Assembly: GCA_032128115.1 (NCBI GenBank)
Contig: JAQBHB010000050.1
Coordinates: 1-16,461, forward strand
Length of the DNA stretch: 16,461 nt
Direction: 5' to 3'
Origin: Deltaproteobacteria bacterium
GTDB taxonomy: Bacteria > Myxococcota_A > UBA9160 > SMWR01
The translations under genes were made by a program, and so were the position numbers. The notes under the pieces were generated by a model that had not been told where the DNA came from, did not search any database, and was given only the letters and a program-made list of their open reading frames with translations. Shown piece by piece: positions 1 to 10,511 of this stretch; within the stretch, counting starts at the first letter, position 1; each line of letters starts with the position of its first letter.

Positions 1-224
1 AGGAACCCGACGCGAACCCCCGGCATGGGCCTGGCCTCGCCCACGAACTCGCTGTCCAGGCCCGCCATGATCTTCAGCAGACTGCTCTTGCCCGCGCCGT
101 TGGCGCCAAGCACGCCGATCTTTGCGCCCGGCAGGAAGGCCAAGGTGATGTCCGCGAGGATCACCCGGTTCGACCCCACCACCTTGCCCAGGTCCTGCAT
201 CGTGTAGACGAATTCGTTTGCCAT
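1..224 (-). CDS. ettA: Energy-dependent translational throttle protein EttA (ABC-F ATPase), 5' part; runs off the window
   Basis: Not in the ORF track. Manual translation from ATG at 224 gives MANEFVYTMQDLGKVVGSNRVILADITLAFLPGAKIGVLGANGAGKSSLLKIMAGLDSEFVGEARPMPGVRVGF, with Walker A GANGAGKS and the characteristic EttA/ChvD N-terminus. Confidence 0.93.
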   Translation of the reverse strand, partial: MANEFVYTMQDLGKVVGSNRVILADITLAFLPGAKIGVLGANGAGKSSLLKIMAGLDSEFVGEARPMPGVRVGF

Positions 225-233
225 GGGGCGGGT

Positions 234-271
234 AGTGTATCCGCGTCGCCCGGCGGCACCACTGCTACAGT
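234..271. promoter_or_regulatory. Divergent -10 elements for ettA and the TIGR03790 gene (probable leaderless or very short-leader transcripts)
   Basis: Plus strand TGcTACAGT (263-271) is 7 nt before ATG 279. Minus strand TACACT (239-234) is 9 nt before ATG 224. Neither start has an obvious Shine-Dalgarno sequence. Confidence 0.5.
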
Positions 272-278
272 CGCTCGC

Positions 279-1832
279 ATGCCGCGAAGCTCGCGCGCCC
301 CGGGCTGGATCGCAGCCTGGGCAGTGGCCGTGGCTGCGGCCCTCTCCGGCGGCCCGCCCCTGCCCGTGCGCGCGGCCGAAGAGAGATTCGACCCCTCCGA
401 GATCCTGATCGTCGTCAACGAGGAATCCGAGATCTCCAGGGCGATCGGCCGCTACTACCGCGCGGCGCGCCAGATTCCGGCCTCGAACGTGGTGGGCGTC
501 CGGACCCCGCTGCGCGATGCCACCCTCTCGGATCCACGCGACGAAACCACCAGCAACGCCAACTACGCCAGGCGGATTCGGGATCCCATCCAGGCGTTCC
601 TCACGAGCGACGGGCTCGCGGACCAGATTCGGGTGATCGTCACCACCAAGGGCGTGCCGCTCCGGATCTCCGGCGGACCGGGCACCATGAGCCCGACGGC
701 GTTGCGCGACCACCCGCGAGCCTCGGTGGACGCCGAGCTGGCCCTGCTCTTCTCCGGGCGCGACGGCAGCCCGGGGATCGTGGACATGGCGAATCCCTTC
801 TTCGATTCCCGGGTCTGCTTCCGCGCCTTTCGCGCCGCGAATCCGGAGGCGCCCCTGCGCTACCTGGTGGCCCGCCTGACCGGCTACCAGACCGACCTCG
901 ACGCGGAGACCGGCGTGCCGAGAGACGTGAAGGCCCTGATCGATCGGGGCCAGCTTCCTCCTACGCCCGGCGCCTGGCTGGTGGACGAAGATGCCAGCCA
1001 GAAGCCCGGCATGGCGGCGGGCAATCTGGCACTGCTGGGTCCCGCGGCGACGATGCTGAAGTCCGTGGGGCAGTTCGTCCTGCACGACCAGACGGGGATC
1101 TTCCGCTCCGACGTGGAGAGCGTGCTGGGGTACGCGTCCTGGGGCAGCAACGACCGGGGCGACGCGGGGCCGCCCTTCTACGGCAGTGTCAAGGGCCGCC
1201 TGTACCCCGGCCACTTCGCGCACGGCGCCGTGTCGCTCGACATCGTGAGCAGCAACGCCCGCACCTTTACGTTCCCCGCCGTGTACGGACAGTCGCTGAT
1301 CGCCGACCTGATCCGTTCCGGTGTCAGCGGTGCCGCCGGTCACGTGTACGAGCCCACCCTCACCGCCGTGGCTCGCCCCCACATCTTCCTGCGCCGCTAC
1401 GCCCAGGGGGTACCCGCCGTCGACGCCTTCTTCCGGAGCGTGCCGTTCCTGGGTTGGACCAACGTCTACGTGGGCGATCCCCTCCTGCACCTCCCCACGG
1501 CCGCGCCGCCGGATCCGGACGATCTCGACGGAGACGGGGTTCCCGATCGGCGCGACAACTGCAGCCAGATCGCCAATTCGGATCAGCGCGACAGCAATGG
1601 CGACGGCTTCGGGAATCTATGCGACGGCGACGTAGACAACGACGGCCGCGTCACCACCAGCTGGGGCGCGGCGCCGCCCGGAGACCTGGAAATCATCGCC
1701 GCGGCCATCGCGGGCGGTCGCTACCACCCGGACCTGGATCTCGACGGCAACCGGCGCGTGGACGCCGACGACCTGTCCCTGGCCCAGATCGGCCTGCTCT
1801 ACCCACCGGGACCCGGCGCACACGGACCCTGA
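279..1832 (+). CDS. TIGR03790-family exported protein with C-terminal thrombospondin type-3-like and dockerin/EF-hand-like Ca-binding repeats
   Basis: Signal peptide-like N-terminus. Family-like motifs ILIVVNE..S..IGRYY...RQIP..N, TTKGVPLRI, ASVDAEL, YLVARLTG, YASWGSND, GVSGAAGHVYEP and VGDPL. Tail contains DLDGDGVPDRRDNC...DSNGDGFGNLCDGDVDNDG and DLDGNRRVDADD. Confidence 0.82.
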   Translation: MPRSSRAPGWIAAWAVAVAAALSGGPPLPVRAAEERFDPSEILIVVNEESEISRAIGRYYRAARQIPASNVVGVRTPLRDATLSDPRDETTSNANYARRIRDPIQAFLTSDGLADQIRVIVTTKGVPLRISGGPGTMSPTALRDHPRASVDAELALLFSGRDGSPGIVDMANPFFDSRVCFRAFRAANPEAPLRYLVARLTGYQTDLDAETGVPRDVKALIDRGQLPPTPGAWLVDEDASQKPGMAAGNLALLGPAATMLKSVGQFVLHDQTGIFRSDVESVLGYASWGSNDRGDAGPPFYGSVKGRLYPGHFAHGAVSLDIVSSNARTFTFPAVYGQSLIADLIRSGVSGAAGHVYEPTLTAVARPHIFLRRYAQGVPAVDAFFRSVPFLGWTNVYVGDPLLHLPTAAPPDPDDLDGDGVPDRRDNCSQIANSDQRDSNGDGFGNLCDGDVDNDGRVTTSWGAAPPGDLEIIAAAIAGGRYHPDLDLDGNRRVDADDLSLAQIGLLYPPGPGAHGP

Positions 1833-1865
1833 TTCGCGGTACCCTGGCGCCCTTCAGGAGGCGCC

Positions 1866-4096
<2,231 letters not shown>

Positions 4097-4115
<19 letters not shown>

Positions 4116-4153
4116 CCGGATCTCACGCGCCTGACCAGATCTCACGCGCCTGA
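4097..4153 (+). repeat. Three tandem copies of a 19-bp unit (CC[A/G]GATCTCACGCGCCTGA) spanning the oxidoreductase stop codon
   Basis: Copies at 4097-4115, 4116-4134 (one mismatch) and 4135-4153, read directly from the sequence. Confidence 0.95.
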
Positions 4154-4212
4154 CATCGCCGGCCTGATACCAGAACCGTCGCAATCCCTAAGGCTTACGG
4201 CGCCGCCTGCCG

Positions 4213-5022
4213 ATGGATGAGGGACCCGAGGAGGGTCTCTTGAATCGCGTGCATCAGCGGCGCAGGGCGTTTCGCGATCTCCTGGCGATCGACTCGCACC
4301 CCGCCTTCCACGACTACCTGTTCCGACATGCCCTCGAGCGCTATGGCGCGCTCGCCGGCGGCGACCCGGGCAGCGTCCTGGCCATCGGAGCCAACCACCG
4401 GGAGGCGGAGGCCCTCACGAAGGGGGCGTTCGATCGCATCCTGCTCACCGGGATCTGCGAGCCCAGCGAGGCGATCCAGGCCGTTGCGGCCCGTGATCCG
4501 CGGGTGACGTACCGGGTGGAGAACGCCGAGCACCTGTCTCTTCCGTCGCGCTCGTTCGACCTGGTCTTCTGCAAGGAATCGCTTCACCACCTGGCGCGCC
4601 CCGTGCTCGGCCTCTACGAAATGCTTCGCGTGTGCCGGCGTGCCGCGCTGTGGATCGAACCGTGCGACACGCTGGCGGGTCGCCTGTTCGAACGATTCGG
4701 ACTGGCCTCTGTGTACGAGACCCGGCAGCTGGGCAATCTCTCGGCCCGCGACAATTTCGTCTACCGCTGGAACCGGCGCCAGATCGAATGCCTGCTGGCG
4801 AGCTACTACCTGCGCTCCGGCTACACGCTGGAACTCACCCAGGGCTGGATGAGCTCGCGTTTCAATGCACACGCCTCGGCTGCGGTGCGCCGGACGGCGG
4901 CGCTGGCGGGGTTCGGCCTGGGCCTGGTGCCCGGATCGCGGGGCAACTACCTGACCGCGCTGGTGCTACCGGGAAACGACCTGCCGCCGGACCCACTGCG
5001 TGCCGATCCGCTGACCCCGTGA
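4213..5022 (+). CDS. Class I SAM-dependent methyltransferase-fold protein (Methyltransf_11-like)
   Basis: Contains NAEHLSLPSRSFDLVFCKESLHHL..P...LYEMLRVCR...IEP. Motif I (VLAIGAN) is atypical. Confidence 0.8.
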   Translation: MDEGPEEGLLNRVHQRRRAFRDLLAIDSHPAFHDYLFRHALERYGALAGGDPGSVLAIGANHREAEALTKGAFDRILLTGICEPSEAIQAVAARDPRVTYRVENAEHLSLPSRSFDLVFCKESLHHLARPVLGLYEMLRVCRRAALWIEPCDTLAGRLFERFGLASVYETRQLGNLSARDNFVYRWNRRQIECLLASYYLRSGYTLELTQGWMSSRFNAHASAAVRRTAALAGFGLGLVPGSRGNYLTALVLPGNDLPPDPLRADPLTP

Positions 5023-5667
5023 AGATCCTGGCGCTGCCCGGACGCCCTCGGCGATCACCGCGTCCAGCGTGCGATCGCGTCGCTCGAGCGTCCCCACGGA
5101 TTCGATCCGACTCTCGAAGGGCACTGCGATCCCGGCTTCGAATCCTGTCTCGCGCAGCGCCGCCAGCAGGGATTCGGCGTCGTACATGCAGCGGTGGGGA
5201 AACCGGAACCACGGGGCCAGCCAGCGTTTGAGCGGGCCATCGCCCGGCTCGCGGGCGTCGAATCCCAGCGACGCCACGAATTCGCCCGCGTCGAGCTTCC
5301 CCTCCAGGTAGCGATCGATGCAGACCCGCAGGTCCGGCACCACGATTCGCACCACACCGCCGGGCGCGAGCACCCGATGGCATTCGCGCAGGAAGCGGCG
5401 GCCTTCGTCGCGGGTCAGGTGTTCCAGCAGGTGCGAGGAGTAGACGGCGCTCGCCGAGGCGTCGGGCCAGGGAAAGGGTCGGCGCAGGTCGTGCACGAAC
5501 AGGTCGTCGGGCCAATCCAGGCGGAAAAGGCCCACGGCGCGACCCAGGCGGCGCAGGCCCGGCACCCGGTACAGGCGCGCGCCCAATGCCGTGTCCACGT
5601 TGACCCAACCGGGCGGTGCACAGTCGCCACACCCCAGGTGCAGCTGTAGAAGCCGGGCCTCGGTCAT
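4966..5667 (-). CDS. SAM-dependent methyltransferase-domain protein
   Basis: Motifs LHLGCG..APPGWVNVD, HDLRRPFPWPD.S...VYSSHLLEHL, LRECHRVLAPGG.VRIVVPDL and H..MYD..SL...L...GF. Confidence 0.88.
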   Translation of the reverse strand: MTEARLLQLHLGCGDCAPPGWVNVDTALGARLYRVPGLRRLGRAVGLFRLDWPDDLFVHDLRRPFPWPDASASAVYSSHLLEHLTRDEGRRFLRECHRVLAPGGVVRIVVPDLRVCIDRYLEGKLDAGEFVASLGFDAREPGDGPLKRWLAPWFRFPHRCMYDAESLLAALRETGFEAGIAVPFESRIESVGTLERRDRTLDAVIAEGVRAAPGSSRGQRIGTQWVRRQVVSR

Positions 5668-5692
5668 GGCCAGCGGGCCCCCCTTCCCTGAC

Positions 5693-6268
5693 TTAACGGC
5701 CGGGGCGGCCCGCGACTCGACCCCGAACCCAGCGCGCGCCCAACAAGCACAGGCCTGGAAGCGCGTAGGCGAGCCCCAGGCCCACCAGGCCGAACTTCAC
5801 GGCCGCACAAGCCCACGCCAGGGGCGCCCACAGGGGCGCGGAGGAGCCCAGGAGCAGCCGGATCAGTGCCACGTTTTCCACGGCGTCGAGGCCGGCCGCC
5901 AGGACCTGGGCCCACGCCAGGAGCCCTCCGGCGCGCTCCGCCCACGAACCGGGTGCCGTCAGGCGCGAGGCCACGCGCGCACAAGCCAGGGCAAGGCCGG
6001 CGGCGTAGAGCGACAGGAACAGGAAGTCGATGCCCAGCGAGAGCGCCGCGCGCAGGCGGCCCGGTTCGCCCCAGGAGTCCAGCATGGCGCGGGCCGTGGC
6101 GGCATCGCCCGCGAACTCGAAGCTCACGATTCCCAGGGGCGCCTGCTCGGTCACCAGGGGAGCGCCGATCACCTGCAGGAAGCCCATCACCCCGAGCGAC
6201 GCCAGTGCGATGGCGGCGAGTGCACGTCCCTTTGCGCGCGAACTCCAGTCGGCCCCGGGAGGCTTCAT
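5693..6268 (-). CDS. Hypothetical integral membrane protein (about 5 TM segments)
   Basis: ATG 6268 overlaps the upstream stop (ATGA). Hydrophobic helices with GIVSFEFAG, SLGIDFLFLSLY and LDAVENVAL. The longer ORF-track extension overlaps the upstream gene. Confidence 0.8.
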   Translation of the reverse strand: MKPPGADWSSRAKGRALAAIALASLGVMGFLQVIGAPLVTEQAPLGIVSFEFAGDAATARAMLDSWGEPGRLRAALSLGIDFLFLSLYAAGLALACARVASRLTAPGSWAERAGGLLAWAQVLAAGLDAVENVALIRLLLGSSAPLWAPLAWACAAVKFGLVGLGLAYALPGLCLLGARWVRGRVAGRPGR

Positions 6269-6687
6269 CCCACGCGTCCCCGGCGCGGGCCGCCGCAGTA
6301 CGCCACATAGTCTTCCAGATGCTCCACGGCGAAATGCGTTCGCTCCCAGGGACGGTTCGTCAGCAACGCCCGATGTTCTTCCTGAAGCACGTAGACGTGG
6401 GCGGCGACGAGTTGGTCGTCTCCGGTTTTCACCCGTACCCGACGTCGCTCGTACAGATGTCCTTCGAAGCGATCGAGCAGAGTCAGCGACCGGCGATCGA
6501 CGCCGCGGTAGAGCCGTCCGTGGGTCTGCTCGCCCGCAGCCGCAACGATGCCTGGGTACACGCGATCGCGAAGCAGGCGCCGGACGTAGCCCTCCAGCAC
6601 GGCGGGTGTGAAAGGGTATGCCGTGCCCGTAAGCGCTTCCATCAGCTCCGGCAGCTCGAGCGTCCCATAGGCAAAGACGGCGGTCAC
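6265..6687 (-). CDS. Gamma-glutamylcyclotransferase (GGCT/AIG2-like) family protein
   Basis: Motifs VFAYGTL, A.LEGY.R, YPGIV, G.LY, LDRFEG..YERR.V and AHVYV. Confidence 0.9.
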   Translation of the reverse strand: MTAVFAYGTLELPELMEALTGTAYPFTPAVLEGYVRRLLRDRVYPGIVAAAGEQTHGRLYRGVDRRSLTLLDRFEGHLYERRRVRVKTGDDQLVAAHVYVLQEEHRALLTNRPWERTHFAVEHLEDYVAYCGGPRRGRVG

Positions 6688-6768
6688 CGCGCCAACTTGC
6701 CAGATGGCGGCCCCCCACTCAATGATTCAAGCTCTCGCCGCACGGACCCTGAGGAGCCCACCCCCGCC

Positions 6769-7557
6769 ATGCGATGGCACCCCCCCCGCGCGGTTCGCGC
6801 CGCCCTGGACGCATTTGCGTTCTCGAGCGGCGTGGTGGCCACAGCGGCCGGGCTCCTGTGCGCGGCGGCTTCGCTGTCCATGGGTCTGACGCCGCTCCCC
6901 GCCGCGGTGGCGGTTGCCGTGGCGGGCACGCTCGTGGTCTACAACGTGGACCGGCTGCGCGACCTGGAGCGCGATCACCTCACGGCGCCGGACCGCAGCG
7001 CTTTCGTCGCGCGCCACCGGCGCGCGCTGGGGGTGCTCACGGCCACCGCCGGTGTCGGTTCGCTGGCCTGCGCCGCGGCCCTGGGGCCGTGGTCGCTGAT
7101 CATCCTGGCTCCGGTGGCGGCCCTGGGGCTGGCCCACCGGCGACTCAAGGGGATTCCGCTCGCGAAGGCTGCGTACATCACGCTGGCCTGGCTGGCGGTG
7201 TCTGTTGCCCTGCCGGCCATGGCGACGATGGCGACAACCGCTGGCCACGGCGTCGCCTGGGTCGCCGGGATCCTGGGGCTCTCGATCTTCGCCAACGCCA
7301 TCGCATCCAACGCGCGGGATCGCGAAGGGGTCTCCGCCTACTTCGGGCGCGGCCCCGCACTGCACACGGCCCGGGCCGTGGCGACCCTGGGCATCGCGTT
7401 GGCCGCCGTCGCGCCTGCCGCCGCGCGCCCCCTGGGCGCCGTGGGCGCCACCACCCTCCTGGCGCTGATCCCGTTTCGAGCGGGGGAACGCTATGGCCTG
7501 CTGGCCGTGGACGGCGCCCTGGTATTGGGAGCCGCCCTTGCCATCGGTTGGCTCTGA
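6769..7557 (+). CDS. UbiA prenyltransferase-like membrane protein
   Basis: GAGGAG upstream of ATG 6769. Multiple TM helices, first Asp-rich motif YNVDRLRD...D, RLK.IPLAK, and second motif NARDREG. Confidence 0.68.
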   Translation: MRWHPPRAVRAALDAFAFSSGVVATAAGLLCAAASLSMGLTPLPAAVAVAVAGTLVVYNVDRLRDLERDHLTAPDRSAFVARHRRALGVLTATAGVGSLACAAALGPWSLIILAPVAALGLAHRRLKGIPLAKAAYITLAWLAVSVALPAMATMATTAGHGVAWVAGILGLSIFANAIASNARDREGVSAYFGRGPALHTARAVATLGIALAAVAPAAARPLGAVGATTLLALIPFRAGERYGLLAVDGALVLGAALAIGWL

Positions 7558-7657
7558 CGCGCGTCAGCCGTGCAGCGAAGACCACGAGCACTCGCTGCCG
7601 GGAGAGCGCACCCCGACCGACCGAACCTGGCGCTATGTTGGCGTTGCCGGAGGATCC

Positions 7658-8599
7658 ATGCGCCACGCCGTCCCGCACGCGCTCGCCCTGACTGCACTCG
7701 CACTGATTGCACTCGCACTGGCGGGCTGCGCGCTTCTGCCTCCCTCGCCGCCGTCGGACCTGCCCCCGGGTTTCCGGGTGGACCGCATCCTCGCCGACGA
7801 GATCGACGAGCCCTCGGGCCTGGTGGCCAGTCGCAACCACTCCGGCGTCTTCTGGACCCACAACGATTCGGGCGACGCGGCGCGGATCTTCGCCATCAAC
7901 GCCCACGGGCAACTGATCGCGAGCTTCCGCCTAGAGGGCGCCGTGAACCACGACTGGGAAGACATTGCCATCGACGACTCGGGAAACCTCTACATCGGCG
8001 ACTTCGGAAACAACGGGAACGACCGCCGCGACCTGCGCGTCTACCGAGTTCGCGAGCCGGATCCGTTTTCCGGCCCGCACACGATTCCGGTCGAACTGGA
8101 GATCCCGTTTCGCTACGCGGACCAGGAGGATTTTCCGGATTGGGGTCGCCGCAACTTCGATGCCGAGGCCCTGTTCTGGATGCAAGGCTCCCTCTACATC
8201 CTCACGAAGCACCGCTCGGACACCCACACCAAGCTCTACCGGCTGCGCCCCGAAGCGGCGGGGCAGCCGCAGGTGCTGCTCCCCCTGGCGCGCTTCGACC
8301 TGGGAGGCACGCGACGCCGCTTCTTCGGCAACGCCACCGCCGCCGACCTTCGCCGCGACGACGCGATCCTGGCGGTGTTGAGCTACCGGGCCATCCACCT
8401 GTTCGAGCGCACACCCGACGGCGACGAGCTCTTCCGCCCCCTGCGCCGCATCGAGCTCGGGCCGCGCCAGGCCGGGCTTGCGGAGAGCATCGCCTGGGAC
8501 GGAGACGAGCTGATCTTCGGAAACGAACAGGGCTACCTGTACCGGATTCCCGATCCGCTGGATCCGGAACTGGTGCGCTACCCGCCGAAGGTCCGGTGA
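7658..8599 (+). CDS. Lipoprotein with probable beta-propeller (SdiA-regulated/phytase-like repeats), function unknown
   Basis: RBS GGAGG then ATG 7658. Lipobox LAGC. Blade-like motifs EPSGL, FWTHNDSG, DWEDIA...LYIGDFGNN, FDAEAL, TAADL and ESIAW...NE. Confidence 0.8.
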   Translation: MRHAVPHALALTALALIALALAGCALLPPSPPSDLPPGFRVDRILADEIDEPSGLVASRNHSGVFWTHNDSGDAARIFAINAHGQLIASFRLEGAVNHDWEDIAIDDSGNLYIGDFGNNGNDRRDLRVYRVREPDPFSGPHTIPVELEIPFRYADQEDFPDWGRRNFDAEALFWMQGSLYILTKHRSDTHTKLYRLRPEAAGQPQVLLPLARFDLGGTRRRFFGNATAADLRRDDAILAVLSYRAIHLFERTPDGDELFRPLRRIELGPRQAGLAESIAWDGDELIFGNEQGYLYRIPDPLDPELVRYPPKVR

Positions 8600-8600
8600 T

Positions 8601-9173
8601 CTACGCCGAGTCGGCGGCTCGCGTGAACGGGAAGTCGCGCCACAGGCGCCAGATCGTGACGGCCGGCATCAGCAGCCACGGGGCGTTGGCGAAGTAGACG
8701 AGCCCCACGGCCGGGGTCGCGTGAGGGCCGATCGTCTCCTCGAACAGGATGATGGTCACGTTGGCGAACATGAGCCCCGACCACACGAGGCTCGGCACCC
8801 GGATCCAGTCGCGCCCCTTCGCGTAGGCATAGATCGCGAAGGCGTAGAACGGCCCGAACATCAGCACGTCGATCCAGATGGTGGCGCGCCACCAGGGCGG
8901 TCGGGCGTATTGAACCGGGTCGAAGTTCGTACCCCACCAGTGGACCATGTCCACCAGGAACGGCAGGGGCCAGAGCGGGTACTCGAAGTTGCCCGGGTCG
9001 TCGATCACGAGCTGCTCGAGATCGACGATGTAGGTGATGAGGCCGAGGTTCAGGATCCAGAACCCGATGAACAGCCAGTCGCGACGGCGCTCGGAGAGCG
9101 GGATCGGCAGCCGGGGCCAGTCATCGCCCCCCGGCCCGTAGCCGGGGCGAAACTCGCCGGGGCGAAACTCCAT
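8601..9173 (-). CDS. EXPERA / emopamil-binding-protein (EBP)-like membrane protein
   Basis: Four TM helices with YIVDLEQL, W....DP, PPWWRATIWID....PFY and N.PWLLMP, a pattern typical of EXPERA domains. Start uncertain; ATG 9173 preferred. Confidence 0.72.
   Translation of the reverse strand: MEFRPGEFRPGYGPGGDDWPRLPIPLSERRRDWLFIGFWILNLGLITYIVDLEQLVIDDPGNFEYPLWPLPFLVDMVHWWGTNFDPVQYARPPWWRATIWIDVLMFGPFYAFAIYAYAKGRDWIRVPSLVWSGLMFANVTIILFEETIGPHATPAVGLVYFANAPWLLMPAVTIWRLWRDFPFTRAADSA
9141..9170. repeat. Perfect 15-bp tandem duplication (GCCGGGGCGAAACTC x2) encoding EFRPG-EFRPG
   Basis: 9141-9155 is identical to 9156-9170. Confidence 0.9.
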
Positions 9174-9243
9174 CGGCCTCGTCGGCTCTGCGTGCGCCAC
9201 GGACGCTAGGCTTTCACAGCCACGATCGAAAAGCAAACCAACG

Positions 9244-9927
9244 TCAGGCGTCGTAGAAGTGCTTCGGCATCCAGTCGCCGCGCCCGCTCGGCAGCAGATC
9301 GAGCAGGTTCCACACCGGCGTGAACAGATCCATTGCGCGGTGGTGTCGTTCCACCAGGGATGCCTCGCTGGTGTAGTAGTGCTGAATGACCTCGCCCTCC
9401 CGGGTGAAGACGCTCACGCCTGGGAGCTGCCGCTCCGGCGAGATCTCGACGCCGAAGTCCGCATTGAACGAAGTCTCGCTGCTGGAGAGCAGGCGCAACC
9501 TCCTCCAGCCTCGAGCGCGCCCCCAGGCCCGGAGTTTCTCGATGGGCGCCCGGGCCACCACGGCAAAGGCCACCCGATCGCCCATGTGGTGTGCGATCCC
9601 GTCGAACCCATCGGCCCACATGCTGCACATGGGACAGCCGCGTTCGGCATCCGGGGCGAACATCATGTGCTGCAGGATCAGCTCGTTTCTGCCGTCTGCC
9701 AGGAGATCGCTGAGTTTCGTTTCGAAGTAGTCGGTCTCCGAATTCCGGTTCAGATCCAGGGGGCCCTCCAGGAACGTGTAATCCCGGTCGAGTGGCGTCC
9801 CGCCGGGAAGCCGGCGGCGAAGCTCGGCCACGCGCTCGCGTTGCTCCATCAGCTCGCGCTCGGCCACCAGCAGCTCGTCGCGCGCCTTGCGGTAGTCGGC
9901 ACTCTGTCCATCGCGAATCGGGCTCAT
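9244..9927 (-). CDS. DUF899 family thioredoxin-like protein
   Basis: ATG 9927 overlaps the GNAT stop (ATGA). Motifs AR.ELL..E.EL......AELRRRLP, L.DL..GR..LI..H.MF, GCPMCS.WAD, VARAP..KL, SS..T.FN.DF, PG.SVF and WNLLDLLPSGR. Confidence 0.92.
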   Translation of the reverse strand: MSPIRDGQSADYRKARDELLVAERELMEQRERVAELRRRLPGGTPLDRDYTFLEGPLDLNRNSETDYFETKLSDLLADGRNELILQHMMFAPDAERGCPMCSMWADGFDGIAHHMGDRVAFAVVARAPIEKLRAWGRARGWRRLRLLSSSETSFNADFGVEISPERQLPGVSVFTREGEVIQHYYTSEASLVERHHRAMDLFTPVWNLLDLLPSGRGDWMPKHFYDA

Positions 9928-10472
9928 GCGGAGTCCCTCCGGTAGATCGATCGGTCCAATTGGTAGAGCAGCACCTCCACCTCGGCGTTGCGCAGGCCCA
10001 GCTCGCGGCCCGTGGTCCGCCGCTGAAACTGCATCTTCAGGTTCTCGATGACACGAACCGAAGCCCTGTTCGCTGGATTGGCAACCGCCACCACCCGCGG
10101 GAGCAAGGCTTCCTCGAAGGCAAAGCGAAGCAGGGCGTGGCCCATCTCGGTAGCGAGTCCCGCTCCCCAGTGCTTCCGCGCGAGCCACCAGCCGATCTCC
10201 ACGTCGGGTGTGGTGCCCAGGATCTGGAGGCCGGCCTGCCCCACCACGGAGCCGTCGCTCCGGCAAACCAATGGCCCCAGGCCGAATCCGGTGGTCTCGA
10301 TGTTTCGGGATTGACGCGCGATGAAGCCACGGATCTCGGGCTCGGACCAGCATTCGCCTTTCCCGATGTAGCGCATCACCTCCGGATCGCTCGCCACTGC
10401 CGCGAACGGCTCGAAGTCGTCGGGCTCCCACGCCCGCAGCAACAGCCGGGGCGACTCCACGAGAAACGTCAT
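9924..10472 (-). CDS. GNAT N-acetyltransferase, RimJ/RimL-like
   Basis: RBS GGAG before ATG 10472. Motifs ESPRLLLRAW, DPEVMRYIG, VEIGWWLAR.HWG.GLATE and P.NRASVRVIE.L.M. Confidence 0.92.
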   Translation of the reverse strand: MTFLVESPRLLLRAWEPDDFEPFAAVASDPEVMRYIGKGECWSEPEIRGFIARQSRNIETTGFGLGPLVCRSDGSVVGQAGLQILGTTPDVEIGWWLARKHWGAGLATEMGHALLRFAFEEALLPRVVAVANPANRASVRVIENLKMQFQRRTTGRELGLRNAEVEVLLYQLDRSIYRRDSA

Positions 10473-10511
10473 GGCTCCTGGATACACCGGGCGCCGAGCC
10501 GAGTGCAAGCT

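Noticed and set aside
5693..6718. 341-aa ORF
   Set aside because: The upstream part overlaps the GGCT gene out of frame. The ATGA-coupled start at 6268 is more plausible.
5866..7557. 563-aa ORF
   Set aside because: The first 301 codons are antisense to two credible minus-strand genes. Only the UbiA-like part from 6769 is supported.
9244..10431. 395-aa extended DUF899 ORF or GNAT-DUF899 frameshift fusion
   Set aside because: The extension is an alternative frame of the GNAT gene. The two genes join by an ordinary ATGA overlap.
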